A stretch of 64,000 bases of DNA from a phage: the sequence record PZ296772.1; one strand, 5' to 3'. A model generated the notes under the pieces. The model was not told where the DNA came from, did no database searches, and saw nothing but the letters and a program-made list of their open reading frames with translations. Below, in pieces: positions 47,708 to 57,036 of the stretch; within the stretch, counting starts at the first letter, position 1, and every line of letters starts with the position of its first letter. The position numbers were made by a program, and so were the translations under genes.

Positions 47708-48241
47708 CGATTGAAAAAGAAATTGAAGGACTAATTCATAAAACTAATAAAGACCTTTTAAACGAGAATGCTAATAAAGATTCTCGTGTTTTTCCAACTC
47801 AACGGGACCTTATGGCTGGTATTGTGTCTAAACACATTGCCAAAAATATGGTCCCGTCTTTTATTATGAAAGCGCATGAAAGCGGAATTATCCATTTCCA
47901 CGATATTGATTATTCCCCTGCTCTTCCATTTACTAATTGCTGTTTAGTAGATTTAAAAGGAATGCTTGAGAACGGATTTAAGCTCGGTAATGCACAGATT
48001 GAAACTCCTAAATCAATCGGCGTTGCTACTGCAATTATGGCGCAAATTACTGCACAGGTTGCTTCCCACCAATATGGCGGAACGACTTTTGCGAATGTAG
48101 ATAAAGTACTTTCTCCTTATGTTAAACGCACCTATGCAAAACATATTGAGGATGCAGAAAAATGGCAAATCGCTGATGCGTTGAATTATGCTCAATCTAA
48201 AACAGAAAAAGATGTATATGACGCGTTTCAGGCGTATGAGT
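47704..48241 (+). CDS. nrdD: Anaerobic ribonucleotide reductase NrdD, exon 1 (3' boundary approximate)
   Basis: Reading frame MTIEKEIEGLIHKTNKDLL... stops 3 codons after ...DAFQAYE; the NrdD frame resumes about 1 kb downstream. Confidence 0.85.
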
Positions 48242-48452
48242 TAATTTAATTCAGGCTCATGTAAAACCGGTCTAAACGGGGAACCTCTCTAGTAGACAAT
48301 CCCGTGCTAAATGTTCTTTTGAACTAAATGCCTAACGACTAACCGTGATGAATGTAGCGGTGTAGAATAGAAGCTAATGCTATTCGAAACGGCCGGCATC
48401 GAAAGATGAAGATATAGTCTAATCTGCATGGCGACATGCAGCAGTCATCTTG

Positions 48453-48460
48453 TATAAATA
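48453..48460 (+). promoter_or_regulatory. T4-type late promoter TATAAATA inside intron, upstream of endonuclease ORF
   Basis: Exact TATAAATA 30 nt upstream of ATG 48490. Confidence 0.5.
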
Positions 48461-48489
48461 AGATTATCTTATGAATACGAGGTGAAACA

Positions 48490-49260
48490 ATGAAATGGAT
48501 AAAAAGACGTTGTACTAAAATAAAAGATAAAGACGCATTTACATACTTAGTTAAGTTTTCTAATGGCGACATTTATATCGGTTATAAAAAATTTAGAACA
48601 ATTAAAAACAAGCCCACAAACTGGAAAACTTACACAACGTCATCTAAGTATATAAATGAACGCTTAAAAACTGATACACCTACTAAATGGATAATTTTAA
48701 AAACATTTGATAGTTATAAAGATGCATTAAAACATGAAGAAGAGGTCATACGTAAATATTTTTATAGCAAAAAATGTTTAAATAAATCCATAGGCGGTAA
48801 AAAGTTTTATAAGCATCCGGATACTGAAGAACATATTCAAAAATTAAGAGATGCTCATAAGGGTAAAGTGTTATCCGAATCTCATAAAAACAATATAAAA
48901 TCTTCTGTGGCTGAATATTATGCTAAAAACAGAAGATCTAAGGAACATGTGCAAAATAATATCAATAGTCGAAAAAGTAAAAAACAAGTATCGATAAAGC
49001 TTAAAAATAAAACTTTTAGAAGTTTTAAAAAAGCAGCGGAATATTTAAATTGCACTGAAAGTGAAGTCGAAACTCATCCTCTTGTTTTGAGTATTAAGAC
49101 TACTATTCATAAAGTTCCTGAATATGTGGTTGTTGACGGTATTAAGTATACGTCTTATATAGAAGCAGCTAAAGCGCTAAATTTTCATCCTAGCACTATA
49201 AAAGAACGTTGCATATCTATGGACTATCCAAATTTTGTTGTTTCATATAAACGGGCATGA
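48490..49260 (+). CDS. Intron-encoded homing endonuclease (GIY-YIG-like N-terminus)
   Basis: 256-aa basic ORF; N-terminal TYLVKFSNGDIYIGY resembles GIY-(x9-11)-YIG; C-terminal repeated helix-turn-helix-like segments (AAEYLNCTESEV, AAKALNFHPSTI). Confidence 0.7.
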   Translation: MKWIKRRCTKIKDKDAFTYLVKFSNGDIYIGYKKFRTIKNKPTNWKTYTTSSKYINERLKTDTPTKWIILKTFDSYKDALKHEEEVIRKYFYSKKCLNKSIGGKKFYKHPDTEEHIQKLRDAHKGKVLSESHKNNIKSSVAEYYAKNRRSKEHVQNNINSRKSKKQVSIKLKNKTFRSFKKAAEYLNCTESEVETHPLVLSIKTTIHKVPEYVVVDGIKYTSYIEAAKALNFHPSTIKERCISMDYPNFVVSYKRA

Positions 49261-49274
49261 ATTTGCGACTCATG

Positions 49275-50566
49275 CTGAATATAATGATGAAGTAAATACA
49301 CTTTTCAGCTCTAATGGTCAAACGCCTTTTGTAACAATTACATTTGGTACGGGAACTGACTGGACTGAACGAATGATTCAGAAAGCAATTCTGAAAAATC
49401 GTATTAAAGGTCTTGGTCGTGATGGGATAACTCCTATTTTCCCTAAGCTTGTTATGTTCGTTGAAGAAGGTGTTAATCTTTATAAAGATGATCCGAACTA
49501 TGATATTAAGCAGCTTGCTTTAGAGTGTGCAAGCAAAAGGATGTATCCTGATATTATTTCAGCTAAGAACAATAAAGCTATCACTGGTTCATCTGTTCCT
49601 GTTTCTCCAATGGGTTGCCGTAGTTTCTTGAGCGTATGGAAAGATTCGACTGGTAATGAAATTCTTGATGGACGTAATAATCTTGGTGTTGTAACACTGA
49701 ATCTTCCTCGCATCGCGTTAGATTCTTATATTGGAACACAGTTCAATGAACAGAAATTTATCGAATTGTTCAATGAACGAATGGATTTATGTTTTGAAGC
49801 TTTGATGTGTAGAATTAGTTCCTTAAAAGGAATTAAAGCTACTGTTGCTCCTATTCTTTACCAAGAAGGTGCATTCGGGGTTCGTCTTAAACCCGATGAC
49901 GATATAATTGAGTTATTTAAAAACGGTAGAAGTTCAGTGTCTTTAGGATACATTGGTATTCACGAATTGAATATTCTTATCGGTCGTGATATTGGACAAG
50001 AAATTTTAACTAAAATGAATGCTCATCTTAAACAGTGGACTGAAAGAACTGGGTTTGCTTTTAGTTTGTATTCTACTCCTGCTGAAAACCTTTGCTATCG
50101 CTTCTGTAAACTTGATACAGAAAAATATGGAAGTGTAAAGGATGTTACTGATAAAGGTTGGTACACTAACAGTTTCCATGTTTCAGTAGAAGAAAATGTT
50201 ACTCCGTTTGAAAAGATTTCTCGTGAAGCGCCATATCATTTCATTGCGACAGGTGGTCACATTTCTTATGTTGAACTTCCTGATATGAAAAATAACTTAA
50301 AAGGTCTTGAGGCTGTATGGGATTATGCCGCACAACATTTAGATTATTTTGGTGTTAATATGCCAGTAGATAAATGTTTTACATGTGGAAGTACCCATGA
50401 AATGACTCCTACTGAAAACGGATTTGTTTGTTCTATTTGCGGAGAAACTGATCCTAAAAAGATGAATACCATAAGAAGAACATGTGGTTATTTGGGAAAT
50501 CCGAACGAACGCGGATTTAATCTCGGTAAAAATAAAGAAATCATGCATAGGGTTAAACACCAATGA
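49275..50566 (+). CDS. nrdD: Anaerobic ribonucleotide reductase NrdD, exon 2 (5' boundary approximate)
   Basis: Frame ...EYNDEVNTLFSSNGQ... to C-terminal glycyl-radical region with Zn-binding CFTCGSTHEM...CSICGE and RRTCGYLG. Confidence 0.85.
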
Positions 50567-51033
50567 ATTATGATAGATTTTATCCCTGTGATTTTGTGAA
50601 TGGCCCTGGATGCAGGGTCGTTCTTTTCGTCACAGGTTGTTTGCATAAATGCGAAGGGTGTTATAATAAATCAACATGGAATGCTAGAAATGGTATTCCA
50701 TTCACTGGTGAAACACTGGAACAATTAATTGAATGTTTGAATAATGATTATACAGAAGGATTAACTATAACTGGGGGAGACCCTCTTTATCCTGATAACA
50801 GAGATGTGATTCATTGCATTGTTCAAACAGTAAAAAATCTTTATCCCAGTAAAAGCATTTGGTTGTGGACAGGATATAAGTTTGAAGATATTAAACAACT
50901 AGAAATGCTTAAATATGTTGATGTTATTATTGATGGGAAGTATGAGAAAAATCTTCCGACCAAAAAGCTGTGGCGAGGATCAGATAATCAGCGACTTTGG
51001 TCAAATACCGATGGGGTGTGGAAACATGATTAA
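50563..51033 (+). CDS. nrdG: Anaerobic RNR activating enzyme NrdG (radical SAM)
   Basis: 156-aa ORF with CLHKCEGCYN radical-SAM cluster motif; ATGA overlap with nrdD. Confidence 0.92.
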   Translation: MNYDRFYPCDFVNGPGCRVVLFVTGCLHKCEGCYNKSTWNARNGIPFTGETLEQLIECLNNDYTEGLTITGGDPLYPDNRDVIHCIVQTVKNLYPSKSIWLWTGYKFEDIKQLEMLKYVDVIIDGKYEKNLPTKKLWRGSDNQRLWSNTDGVWKHD

Positions 51034-51148
51034 ATTGAATTACATTATGGATACTATAAATGATATGATTTTTCATTTTGGTCCAGAATTTTATTCCCAA
51101 TATAGTTTAGTGCTTATCAATGCTTGGTTAATTAATTAAGGATAAAAT

Positions 51149-51364
51149 ATGTATAAATTTCGTAAAGGTTTAGCTGATTTTCTTACAACTGTAACATTCT
51201 TTCTGTTTATGGCAGTTGGAGCTATTTTTCTTATTCCTTTTACTGGTGTATTTTTCGTGATTAGTTTAATTTCTCCAGAAAAGGGCTTATCTTCTAATGA
51301 GTTCAATGAGCGTCTGGATAAAATTACTAACAAACTGAATTCTGTTCTTGATAAAAAGGCTTAA
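51149..51364 (+). CDS. Small membrane protein
   Basis: 71-aa ORF with two hydrophobic helices. Confidence 0.5.
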   Translation: MYKFRKGLADFLTTVTFFLFMAVGAIFLIPFTGVFFVISLISPEKGLSSNEFNERLDKITNKLNSVLDKKA

Positions 51365-51366
51365 TT

Positions 51367-51684
51367 ATGATTAGTTTTGAGCGGTACGTGGTAGAGAGTT
51401 GGAATGGGTTTGATATGTTCGGTAATGACTATTATTTTTACGAATGTAATCTAAATCCTAGTTTTTGGGCTGGACGTGAACGAGATCTCGAAGAAATTAA
51501 TGCTCGTGCCGAATTGTTAGGTGAACTGCCTACAGTTTATTTTACATTTGATGAATCCGGCTTCGTTATCCAGGTTTATTTTCCTGAAGAAAACTCGGGT
51601 GAGGATTCTGTTAATCCTCCTTATTGGGCTTACCAAGGAATTATTTCTCGTGGAACAAAACTCGAACTTAAAGAACAAGATTGA
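51367..51684 (+). CDS. Hypothetical protein
   Basis: 105-aa ORF MISFERYVVESWNGFDMF... Confidence 0.5.
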   Translation: MISFERYVVESWNGFDMFGNDYYFYECNLNPSFWAGRERDLEEINARAELLGELPTVYFTFDESGFVIQVYFPEENSGEDSVNPPYWAYQGIISRGTKLELKEQD

Positions 51685-51973
51685 AATTTATGGCATCCCT
51701 GAAGAAGTTGGACGTTGTCCAGGATGTTATACTGTTACAAAACTTTTAAAGGAGCTCAATGTTCCTTATACATTTTATAAAGTCCTCACTAATAATGGTA
51801 AGATTGAATACGACCGTCCTTTAATCGTATCTCTTGCTAAACGTGCAGGATTCACTTCACTTAATATTCGTTATCCTGTCATATTTTTAAATGATAAGAA
51901 ACAAAAGAATATTGCAGAGTTTAAAAAGTCCTTGATTTCATTAGGATACGACTCTGATATCATAGAAGATTGA
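51680..51973 (+). CDS. Glutaredoxin-like protein (CPGC) lacking an in-frame ATG near its N-terminus
   Basis: Thioredoxin-fold-like frame IEIYGIPEEVGRCPGCYTVTKLL... in +1 frame relative to upstream ORF; only ATGs in frame are more than 40 codons upstream inside the other gene. Confidence 0.45.
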   Translation: MEIYGIPEEVGRCPGCYTVTKLLKELNVPYTFYKVLTNNGKIEYDRPLIVSLAKRAGFTSLNIRYPVIFLNDKKQKNIAEFKKSLISLGYDSDIIED

Positions 51974-51996
51974 CCAGGTGCCGCCTGGTCTTCTTT
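51972..51996 (+). terminator. Intrinsic terminator
   Basis: GACCAGG-UGCCG-CCUGGUC hairpin followed by UUCUUU. Confidence 0.55.
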
Positions 51997-52082
51997 ATCC
52001 TATTTCTAATATAATCCATTGGAATCTTCACTTCACTATCTCCTTGTGCCCCTCTCAAATCAAAAATATTTTTCATAAAACA

Positions 52083-52131
52083 GTTTACATCCTCGATAGA
52101 TGTGTTAAGATTAAACCAACTGCTATAGAGG
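52083..52131 (+). promoter_or_regulatory. Early promoter-like cassette (GTTTAC -35, weak -10, imperfect inverted repeat)
   Basis: -35 52083-52088; CCTCGATAG / CTATAGAGG arms. Confidence 0.4.
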
Positions 52132-52139
52132 AAAACAAA

Positions 52140-52322
52140 ATGACAATTGAAGATAAAGAAATTAAGGTTGACCAGTACTATTCTGTCAACGGTAACGCAG
52201 TACAGATAACCGGAGTTTCAAGCCTGGATGTTTGGTACCGTTCAATCAAATATCCAGAAATTGGTGAAATGCTTTGTGACCGTAGTATCTTCTGTTCAAT
52301 TGCGAAGGAAATTAAGCCATGA
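52140..52322 (+). CDS. Hypothetical protein
   Basis: 60-aa product from MTIEDKEIKVDQYY (GAGG RBS). Confidence 0.45.
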   Translation: MTIEDKEIKVDQYYSVNGNAVQITGVSSLDVWYRSIKYPEIGEMLCDRSIFCSIAKEIKP

Positions 52323-52567
52323 TTAGTTTAGATTCAAAGAAGGTTGTTCTAACCCTTAAAGTTAATGACGAGCATCCGGTATTCATTACCATTTCCGATT
52401 TGCATGTTGAAATTGCTAATGGCGTTCGTACTTATCAAGCAAATAAAACTCATTGGGACTATATCCCAATGTTGACGCTTACTCAGCGTTTAGAATCAAT
52501 CGGTCTTAAAGACCTTTCAGTAAGTGAAGTGAATTTTATCAAACGCATTGTATCAATCAACCTCTGA
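52319..52567 (+). CDS. Hypothetical protein
   Basis: 82-aa ORF with ATGA overlap. Confidence 0.5.
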   Translation: MISLDSKKVVLTLKVNDEHPVFITISDLHVEIANGVRTYQANKTHWDYIPMLTLTQRLESIGLKDLSVSEVNFIKRIVSINL

Positions 52568-52574
52568 GGTACTT

Positions 52575-52868
52575 ATGGGTAAAACATATCGTCGTAAAGA
52601 TTTGAAAGTTCGCGATTACGACTATTTTGGTAAGCGTAAAGCTCCTGACGGTGTTAGCCACAAAGACATGGTTGAAAACATCTTCCGCTCAGATAAATGG
52701 AAACGTATGAAAGGTGTTGATTCTGAAGTCAAGAACGAAATGAATCGACAACTCCGCAAAGAAGTTCGTAAGTTGAAAAAAGATGTTTACAGTAAAGAAG
52801 ATTATGATTATAATACTTCTCATACTGAAGCCAAACGTAAAGCTAACGAATGTTATCGTTACAGTTGA
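52575..52868 (+). CDS. Hypothetical basic protein
   Basis: 97-aa product from MGKTYRRKDLKVRDYDYFGKRK. Confidence 0.5.
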   Translation: MGKTYRRKDLKVRDYDYFGKRKAPDGVSHKDMVENIFRSDKWKRMKGVDSEVKNEMNRQLRKEVRKLKKDVYSKEDYDYNTSHTEAKRKANECYRYS

Positions 52869-52875
52869 GGAAATT

Positions 52876-53007
52876 ATGAATATCAAACGCTGGCTTTTTA
52901 AGCAAGGGTTCTACACTTTAAATTCTGCTCCAAAAGGCGATACAACTAAGTGGTCAGTAAATGACTGGATTAAATTTATTGATGAAAACGGTAACTGGAA
53001 AATTTAA
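52876..53007 (+). CDS. Small protein (43 aa)
   Basis: MNIKRWLFKQGFYTLNSAPKGD...; GAGG RBS; abuts next start. Confidence 0.35.
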   Translation: MNIKRWLFKQGFYTLNSAPKGDTTKWSVNDWIKFIDENGNWKI

Positions 53008-53208
53008 ATGAATCCTGAAAATATTGTGTCATGGCAACTTCGTGAAGAACGTGCAGAATTCTTTGCCAATATGAAACTCAACGGCGTTGAGGATGAAGAC
53101 TTCTTACGTTGGTTCTGGATTTACAAATACAAAGAATGCCAGCACGCTGTACTACTGACTTGTGCAGTTATGTACGAAGGCTGGAAAGGCGCTAAAAAGT
53201 TCGGTTAA
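53008..53208 (+). CDS. Hypothetical protein
   Basis: 66-aa ORF. Confidence 0.45.
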   Translation: MNPENIVSWQLREERAEFFANMKLNGVEDEDFLRWFWIYKYKECQHAVLLTCAVMYEGWKGAKKFG

Positions 53209-53211
53209 TAA

Positions 53212-53248
53212 TGTACAACGATAGGAAGACATGTTATTATCTTCCTAT
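53212..53248 (+). promoter_or_regulatory. Early promoter cassette (TGTACA, TATTAT, ATAGGAAGA/TCTTCCTAT inverted repeat)
   Basis: -35 53212-53217, -10 53235-53240, 9-bp perfect inverted repeat. Confidence 0.55.
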
Positions 53249-53271
53249 CGTCTTAAAATGAGGAAAATATC

Positions 53272-53511
53272 ATGGCCCAAGAATTAGATTTTATCAAATT
53301 CAAAAAACACCTCGACGTTAAAATTGGGGATTCAATTGTTAGGATTGAGTATGACATTTTAACAGATGCTATTACTGTTAGTTGTGATGGAAATAGTTTC
53401 AGCTTCGATACAACCGAAAACAAATACCCAATCTATAAAGGCATCTTTGATATGGGTGTTGATATCACTCCACGTGATACAAATTACTTACTTTTCATGC
53501 TTAAAAAATAA
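53272..53511 (+). CDS. Hypothetical protein
   Basis: 79-aa ORF. Confidence 0.5.
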   Translation: MAQELDFIKFKKHLDVKIGDSIVRIEYDILTDAITVSCDGNSFSFDTTENKYPIYKGIFDMGVDITPRDTNYLLFMLKK

Positions 53512-53545
53512 TATACAACTCTTGAGAGATGAGTATAATTCTCTA
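53512..53545 (+). promoter_or_regulatory. Early promoter cassette (TATACA, TATAAT, AGAGA/TCTCT inverted repeat)
   Basis: -35 53512-53517, -10 53534-53539; near-duplicate of cassette at 21969 including downstream TTGGATAATAAA. Confidence 0.55.
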
Positions 53546-53576
53546 GTTGGATAATAAAATAACCGAGGAAAATAAT

Positions 53577-53909
53577 ATGTCTACTAAAATCAAAAACGTA
53601 GTTAATTCTTTCGCTTTCGATAAAGTTGTTGCTCTTCTGGAATCCGGCAATATTGTTACTCCTCAAGTTCTTGACGCGTGGGAATTCCGTCTTTATGAAA
53701 TCATGCAAAAACATGGCCAGAAAATTGGACGTAATTCTATTCGCGAAATTCTAGTACAATATATTCTTTCTGAATTTGACGTTGCTGCATTTGGTGTTGA
53801 ATCTAAAGCTTATCAGAAACATGAAATCTCTGAAAAGACTATCCGTCGTATGAAAAATCAACGTAAGAAAAAATTCGTTGACCTGAAAATTGTTAAGGCG
53901 GTAAAATGA
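53577..53909 (+). CDS. Hypothetical protein
   Basis: 110-aa product from MSTKIKNVVNSFAFDK. Confidence 0.5.
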   Translation: MSTKIKNVVNSFAFDKVVALLESGNIVTPQVLDAWEFRLYEIMQKHGQKIGRNSIREILVQYILSEFDVAAFGVESKAYQKHEISEKTIRRMKNQRKKKFVDLKIVKAVK

Positions 53910-54133
53910 GCGTATTAACAGAAACTTTGATTAATGACCTGCGTCTAGCTGGTTACGAAGTTGGTACAAATAGCCTAGGTCTTCCTCAGATTGAAGGTCC
54001 TGGATTTATTCTAGAATATGAATTCAAACAATGGTGGTTATATGCTACGGTTGACGATGCGTTGAATATTGATTTCGTTGACCAATTTGATTCGCTGGAT
54101 GCTGCTCTTGAAGCAGCAAAGGAACTAGAATGA
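53906..54133 (+). CDS. Hypothetical protein
   Basis: 75-aa ORF, ATGA-coupled. Confidence 0.5.
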   Translation: MSVLTETLINDLRLAGYEVGTNSLGLPQIEGPGFILEYEFKQWWLYATVDDALNIDFVDQFDSLDAALEAAKELE

Positions 54134-54399
54134 AATTAACTCGAATCAGTATAACTGAAGAAAAGCTTGGCGAATTTTATGTTGACGAATACATGAAAGT
54201 CACGTATTTTCCATTCGTTAAAGGTGTTGGTTTTTGGGAAACTCATGTATCTCAATTAAACGAAGGCGACTATAACGAAACACATGAGAACTTTTTAGAT
54301 TTTCTTTATAATGCCGGTCTTACTGAGCTTTATATCGATATCCATGAGTTCAAACGTTTAATGGAAAAAGTGTTTCAGGCTTATTGTTTGCTCCGATAG
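54130..54399 (+). CDS. Hypothetical protein
   Basis: 89-aa ORF, ATGA-coupled. Confidence 0.5.
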   Translation: MKLTRISITEEKLGEFYVDEYMKVTYFPFVKGVGFWETHVSQLNEGDYNETHENFLDFLYNAGLTELYIDIHEFKRLMEKVFQAYCLLR

Positions 54400-54406
54400 T
54401 ATCTCG

Positions 54407-54450
54407 TGCTTTAAGATAGGTCTCTAAATATTATGATATAATAGACCTAT
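54407..54450 (+). promoter_or_regulatory. Promoter-like element upstream of gene 55 (TGCTTTA box, -10-like TATTAT/TATAAT, inverted repeat)
   Basis: TGCTTTA 54407-54413; TATAAT 54437-54442; GATAGGTCTC / ATAGACCTAT arms. Confidence 0.4.
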
Positions 54451-54471
54451 GAATTGAGCCAAGAGGTACTT

Positions 54472-55029
54472 ATGACTGAACAAAAACCTAAAAATAACTA
54501 TGTGAATAATAAAGAGCTTCTCGCCGCTATAATCGAGTGGAAAAAGGAGCTCTTAAATAATAAAGACCCAAACAAAATTATTCGTCAGAATGATACCATC
54601 GGTTTAGCAATTATGCTTATCGCCGAAGGCCTGTCCAAACGTTTCAACTTTTCAGGATATACCCAGTCTTGGAAGCAGGAGATGATTGCAGATGGGATTG
54701 AAGCCTCTATTAAGGGACTTCATAATTTCGACGAAACTAAGTACAATAACCCACATGCATACATAACTCGAGCTTGTTTTAATGCTTTTGTCCAACGTAT
54801 CAAAAAAGAACGTAAGGAAGTTGCAAAGAAATATAGTTACTTCGTTCATAATGTCTACGACAGTCATGACGATGATATGGTAGCGTTGGTAGATGAAACG
54901 TTTATTCAAGACATCTACGATAAAATGACGCATTATGAAGAATCCGCTTATAAAGCTCCTGGGGCTGAAAAGAAGGAAGTTGTTAGCGATTCGCCTAGTT
55001 TGGATTTTTTATATGAGGATGACAATTGA
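54472..55029 (+). CDS. 55: Late transcription sigma factor gp55
   Basis: 185-aa product [27 protein letters not shown]...; close to T4 gp55 from memory. Confidence 0.93.
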   Translation: MTEQKPKNNYVNNKELLAAIIEWKKELLNNKDPNKIIRQNDTIGLAIMLIAEGLSKRFNFSGYTQSWKQEMIADGIEASIKGLHNFDETKYNNPHAYITRACFNAFVQRIKKERKEVAKKYSYFVHNVYDSHDDDMVALVDETFIQDIYDKMTHYEESAYKAPGAEKKEVVSDSPSLDFLYEDDN

Positions 55030-55228
55030 CATCTCTAACTACTTAGAAGAACCTTTTGACGAAGCAATCCCTTATTTGGTAAAACTGTTGGGTCGTGAAT
55101 TTAAAATTAATTTTGACATCGACCCTTTGAACCCACATGACGTGTCATTTTCGATAAATGGGACTCCGGTTGAGTATGAGTTCTGTATTGAAGAGGATGG
55201 ACGTTTTTATTTTAATTTAATGAGATAA
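55019..55228 (+). CDS. Hypothetical protein
   Basis: 69-aa product from [15 protein letters not shown], start overlapping gene 55 stop. Confidence 0.45.
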   Translation: MTIDISNYLEEPFDEAIPYLVKLLGREFKINFDIDPLNPHDVSFSINGTPVEYEFCIEEDGRFYFNLMR

Positions 55229-55229
55229 T

Positions 55230-55553
55230 ATGACTACCGAGATTATTGAAAATAAAGAAGCAGAAGATGCAGTAGCTAAAATGCTACAAGAAATCCAAAA
55301 GAAAAATGAAGCTGAAGCACGTAAAAAATCCGAAAAGATTCTTAAAAAGAATCGTTTTGAACTAAACCGTCTTTATGCTCATGCTCAAGAAGCAGCAATT
55401 CAAAACAACTTCGAAGCTTACGAATATGCTATTAAGAAATCTCGGGATATTCTACGACAACCATATAATGACAAGTTAATTAAAATCCAGTGGGTTACTA
55501 CTCGTCAGGCTATTGAGGACATCATTAATGGCGCTAGTTCAAACAAAGTTTAA
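55230..55553 (+). CDS. Hypothetical coiled-coil protein
   Basis: 107-aa ORF. Confidence 0.5.
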   Translation: MTTEIIENKEAEDAVAKMLQEIQKKNEAEARKKSEKILKKNRFELNRLYAHAQEAAIQNNFEAYEYAIKKSRDILRQPYNDKLIKIQWVTTRQAIEDIINGASSNKV

Positions 55554-55945
55554 ACGATTGAAGCTGAACGCAGGGTTCACCCTTAAATTGGGAGGTCCTC
55601 TTTGTGTTAAAATCTCTGAAAAGGAATATCACGACAGTTCTATTACAGAAATTTGTCCACCTATTGTAAAGGCAGACCCAAAACAACTCGTGTGGGTTGA
55701 TTCATTTCAAGTTAAGAAATGGTGGAAACGATGAGAGAAATCGATTTAGGCATTTTCTGAGAGGTGATTATGCATGACGAACATCCCGACTTCTGAAAAT
55801 TTCGATAAAATCCGTAAAGGCAAAGCAGAAAGAATGAGACGTTTTAAAGAGTCTTATGATAAAGCTAAAGCCGAAGGAACTATTACGTACAAGCCCATTC
55901 GATTTAAAAGTTCAAATGAGCCTCTGTACGGTGTACTATGTGGAT

Positions 55946-55970
55946 AGGAACTCTTCGGAGTTCCTTTTTT
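55946..55970 (+). terminator. Intrinsic terminator
   Basis: AGGAACUC-UUCG-GAGUUCCU hairpin followed by UUUUU. Confidence 0.7.
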
Positions 55971-56016
55971 GCTTTATAAACGGATGATAGAATGAATTAA
56001 CTAATGAGGAAATAAT

Positions 56017-57036
56017 ATGAAAATTTTGCACTTAGGCGACTTCCATATCGGAGTCAAACAAGACGACCCATGGGTTCAAGATATTCAACGTGATGGTATT
56101 CGTCAAGCAATTGAATACTCTAAGAAACACGGGATTAAAACTTGGATTCAGTACGGCGATTGGTTTGACGTCCGTAAAGCAATAACACATCGTACAATGG
56201 AATTCAATCGTGAAATCGTTGATATGATTTCTAAAGCAGGCATTCACGTTCATGTCACGATAGGAAACCATGACATGGCGTTTAAGAATACAATAACACC
56301 TAACACTGTTTCTGAATTGTTAACTCAATTTGAAAACTTTACTATTTACGAGCGTCCGACTACTGTAGATTTTGACGGATGTCTGATTGATATCGTTCCA
56401 TGGATGTGTGAAGAAAATACAGGTGAAATCTTAGAGCACATCAAGACTTCTTCCGCAGCGTATTGTGTTGGGCACTGGGAACTGAACGGCTTTTATTTCT
56501 ATAAAGGAATGAAGTCTCATGGGCTTGAACCTGATTTCTTAAAGACCTATAAACAAGTCTGGTCCGGCCACTTCCACACAATCTCTGAAGCTGCTAACGT
56601 CAAATATATTGGGACACCATGGACCCTTACTGCAGGCGATGAGAACGACCCACGCGGATTCTGGGTATTTGACACTGATGTTGAACGTATGGAATTTATT
56701 CCTAATGAAACAACATGGCATCGACGAATCACTTATCCGTTTAAAGGCAAAATCAATTATTCTGATTATACTAATCTAGCCGTACGTGTTATAGTATCAG
56801 AAATTGATTCAGAGTTGACTAAGTTTGAATCTGAACTTGAAAAAGTAGTTCACTCTCTTCGTATGGTTTCTAAAGTTGATAACAGTGTTGAATCTGATGA
56901 TGACCAGGAAATCGAGATTAAATCACTTCAAGATATCATTAAAGAATATATTGACGCGATTCCAGATATCTCAGACGAAGACAGAGAAGCGCTGGTCAAA
57001 TATTCCAACGAACTTTATATTGAGGCAACACAATGA
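56017..57036 (+). CDS. 47: Recombination endonuclease subunit gp47 (Mre11-like)
   Basis: 339-aa ORF with phosphoesterase motifs LHLGDFH, GDWFD, GNHD; same length as T4 gp47. Confidence 0.93.
   Translation: MKILHLGDFHIGVKQDDPWVQDIQRDGIRQAIEYSKKHGIKTWIQYGDWFDVRKAITHRTMEFNREIVDMISKAGIHVHVTIGNHDMAFKNTITPNTVSELLTQFENFTIYERPTTVDFDGCLIDIVPWMCEENTGEILEHIKTSSAAYCVGHWELNGFYFYKGMKSHGLEPDFLKTYKQVWSGHFHTISEAANVKYIGTPWTLTAGDENDPRGFWVFDTDVERMEFIPNETTWHRRITYPFKGKINYSDYTNLAVRVIVSEIDSELTKFESELEKVVHSLRMVSKVDNSVESDDDQEIEIKSLQDIIKEYIDAIPDISDEDREALVKYSNELYIEATQ

Larger units (their letters stand above)
48242..49274 (+). mobile_element. Group I intron in nrdD carrying a homing endonuclease gene (boundaries approximate)
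   Basis: About 1.03-kb insertion splitting a continuous NrdD reading frame; contains a free-standing endonuclease ORF with its own late promoter; same gene is intron-split in T4. Confidence 0.7.

Noticed and set aside
51521-51679. ATG at 51521 as start of the glutaredoxin-like ORF
   Set aside because: It would add about 53 hydrophobic, low-complexity residues fully overlapping ORF 51367-51684 in another frame.
55735-55947. Possible small ORF between 55.x genes and gene 47
   Set aside because: Frames starting at ATG 55769 or 55773 stop after 8-11 codons; the longer frame has no start codon until 55834 (37 aa) and no RBS.
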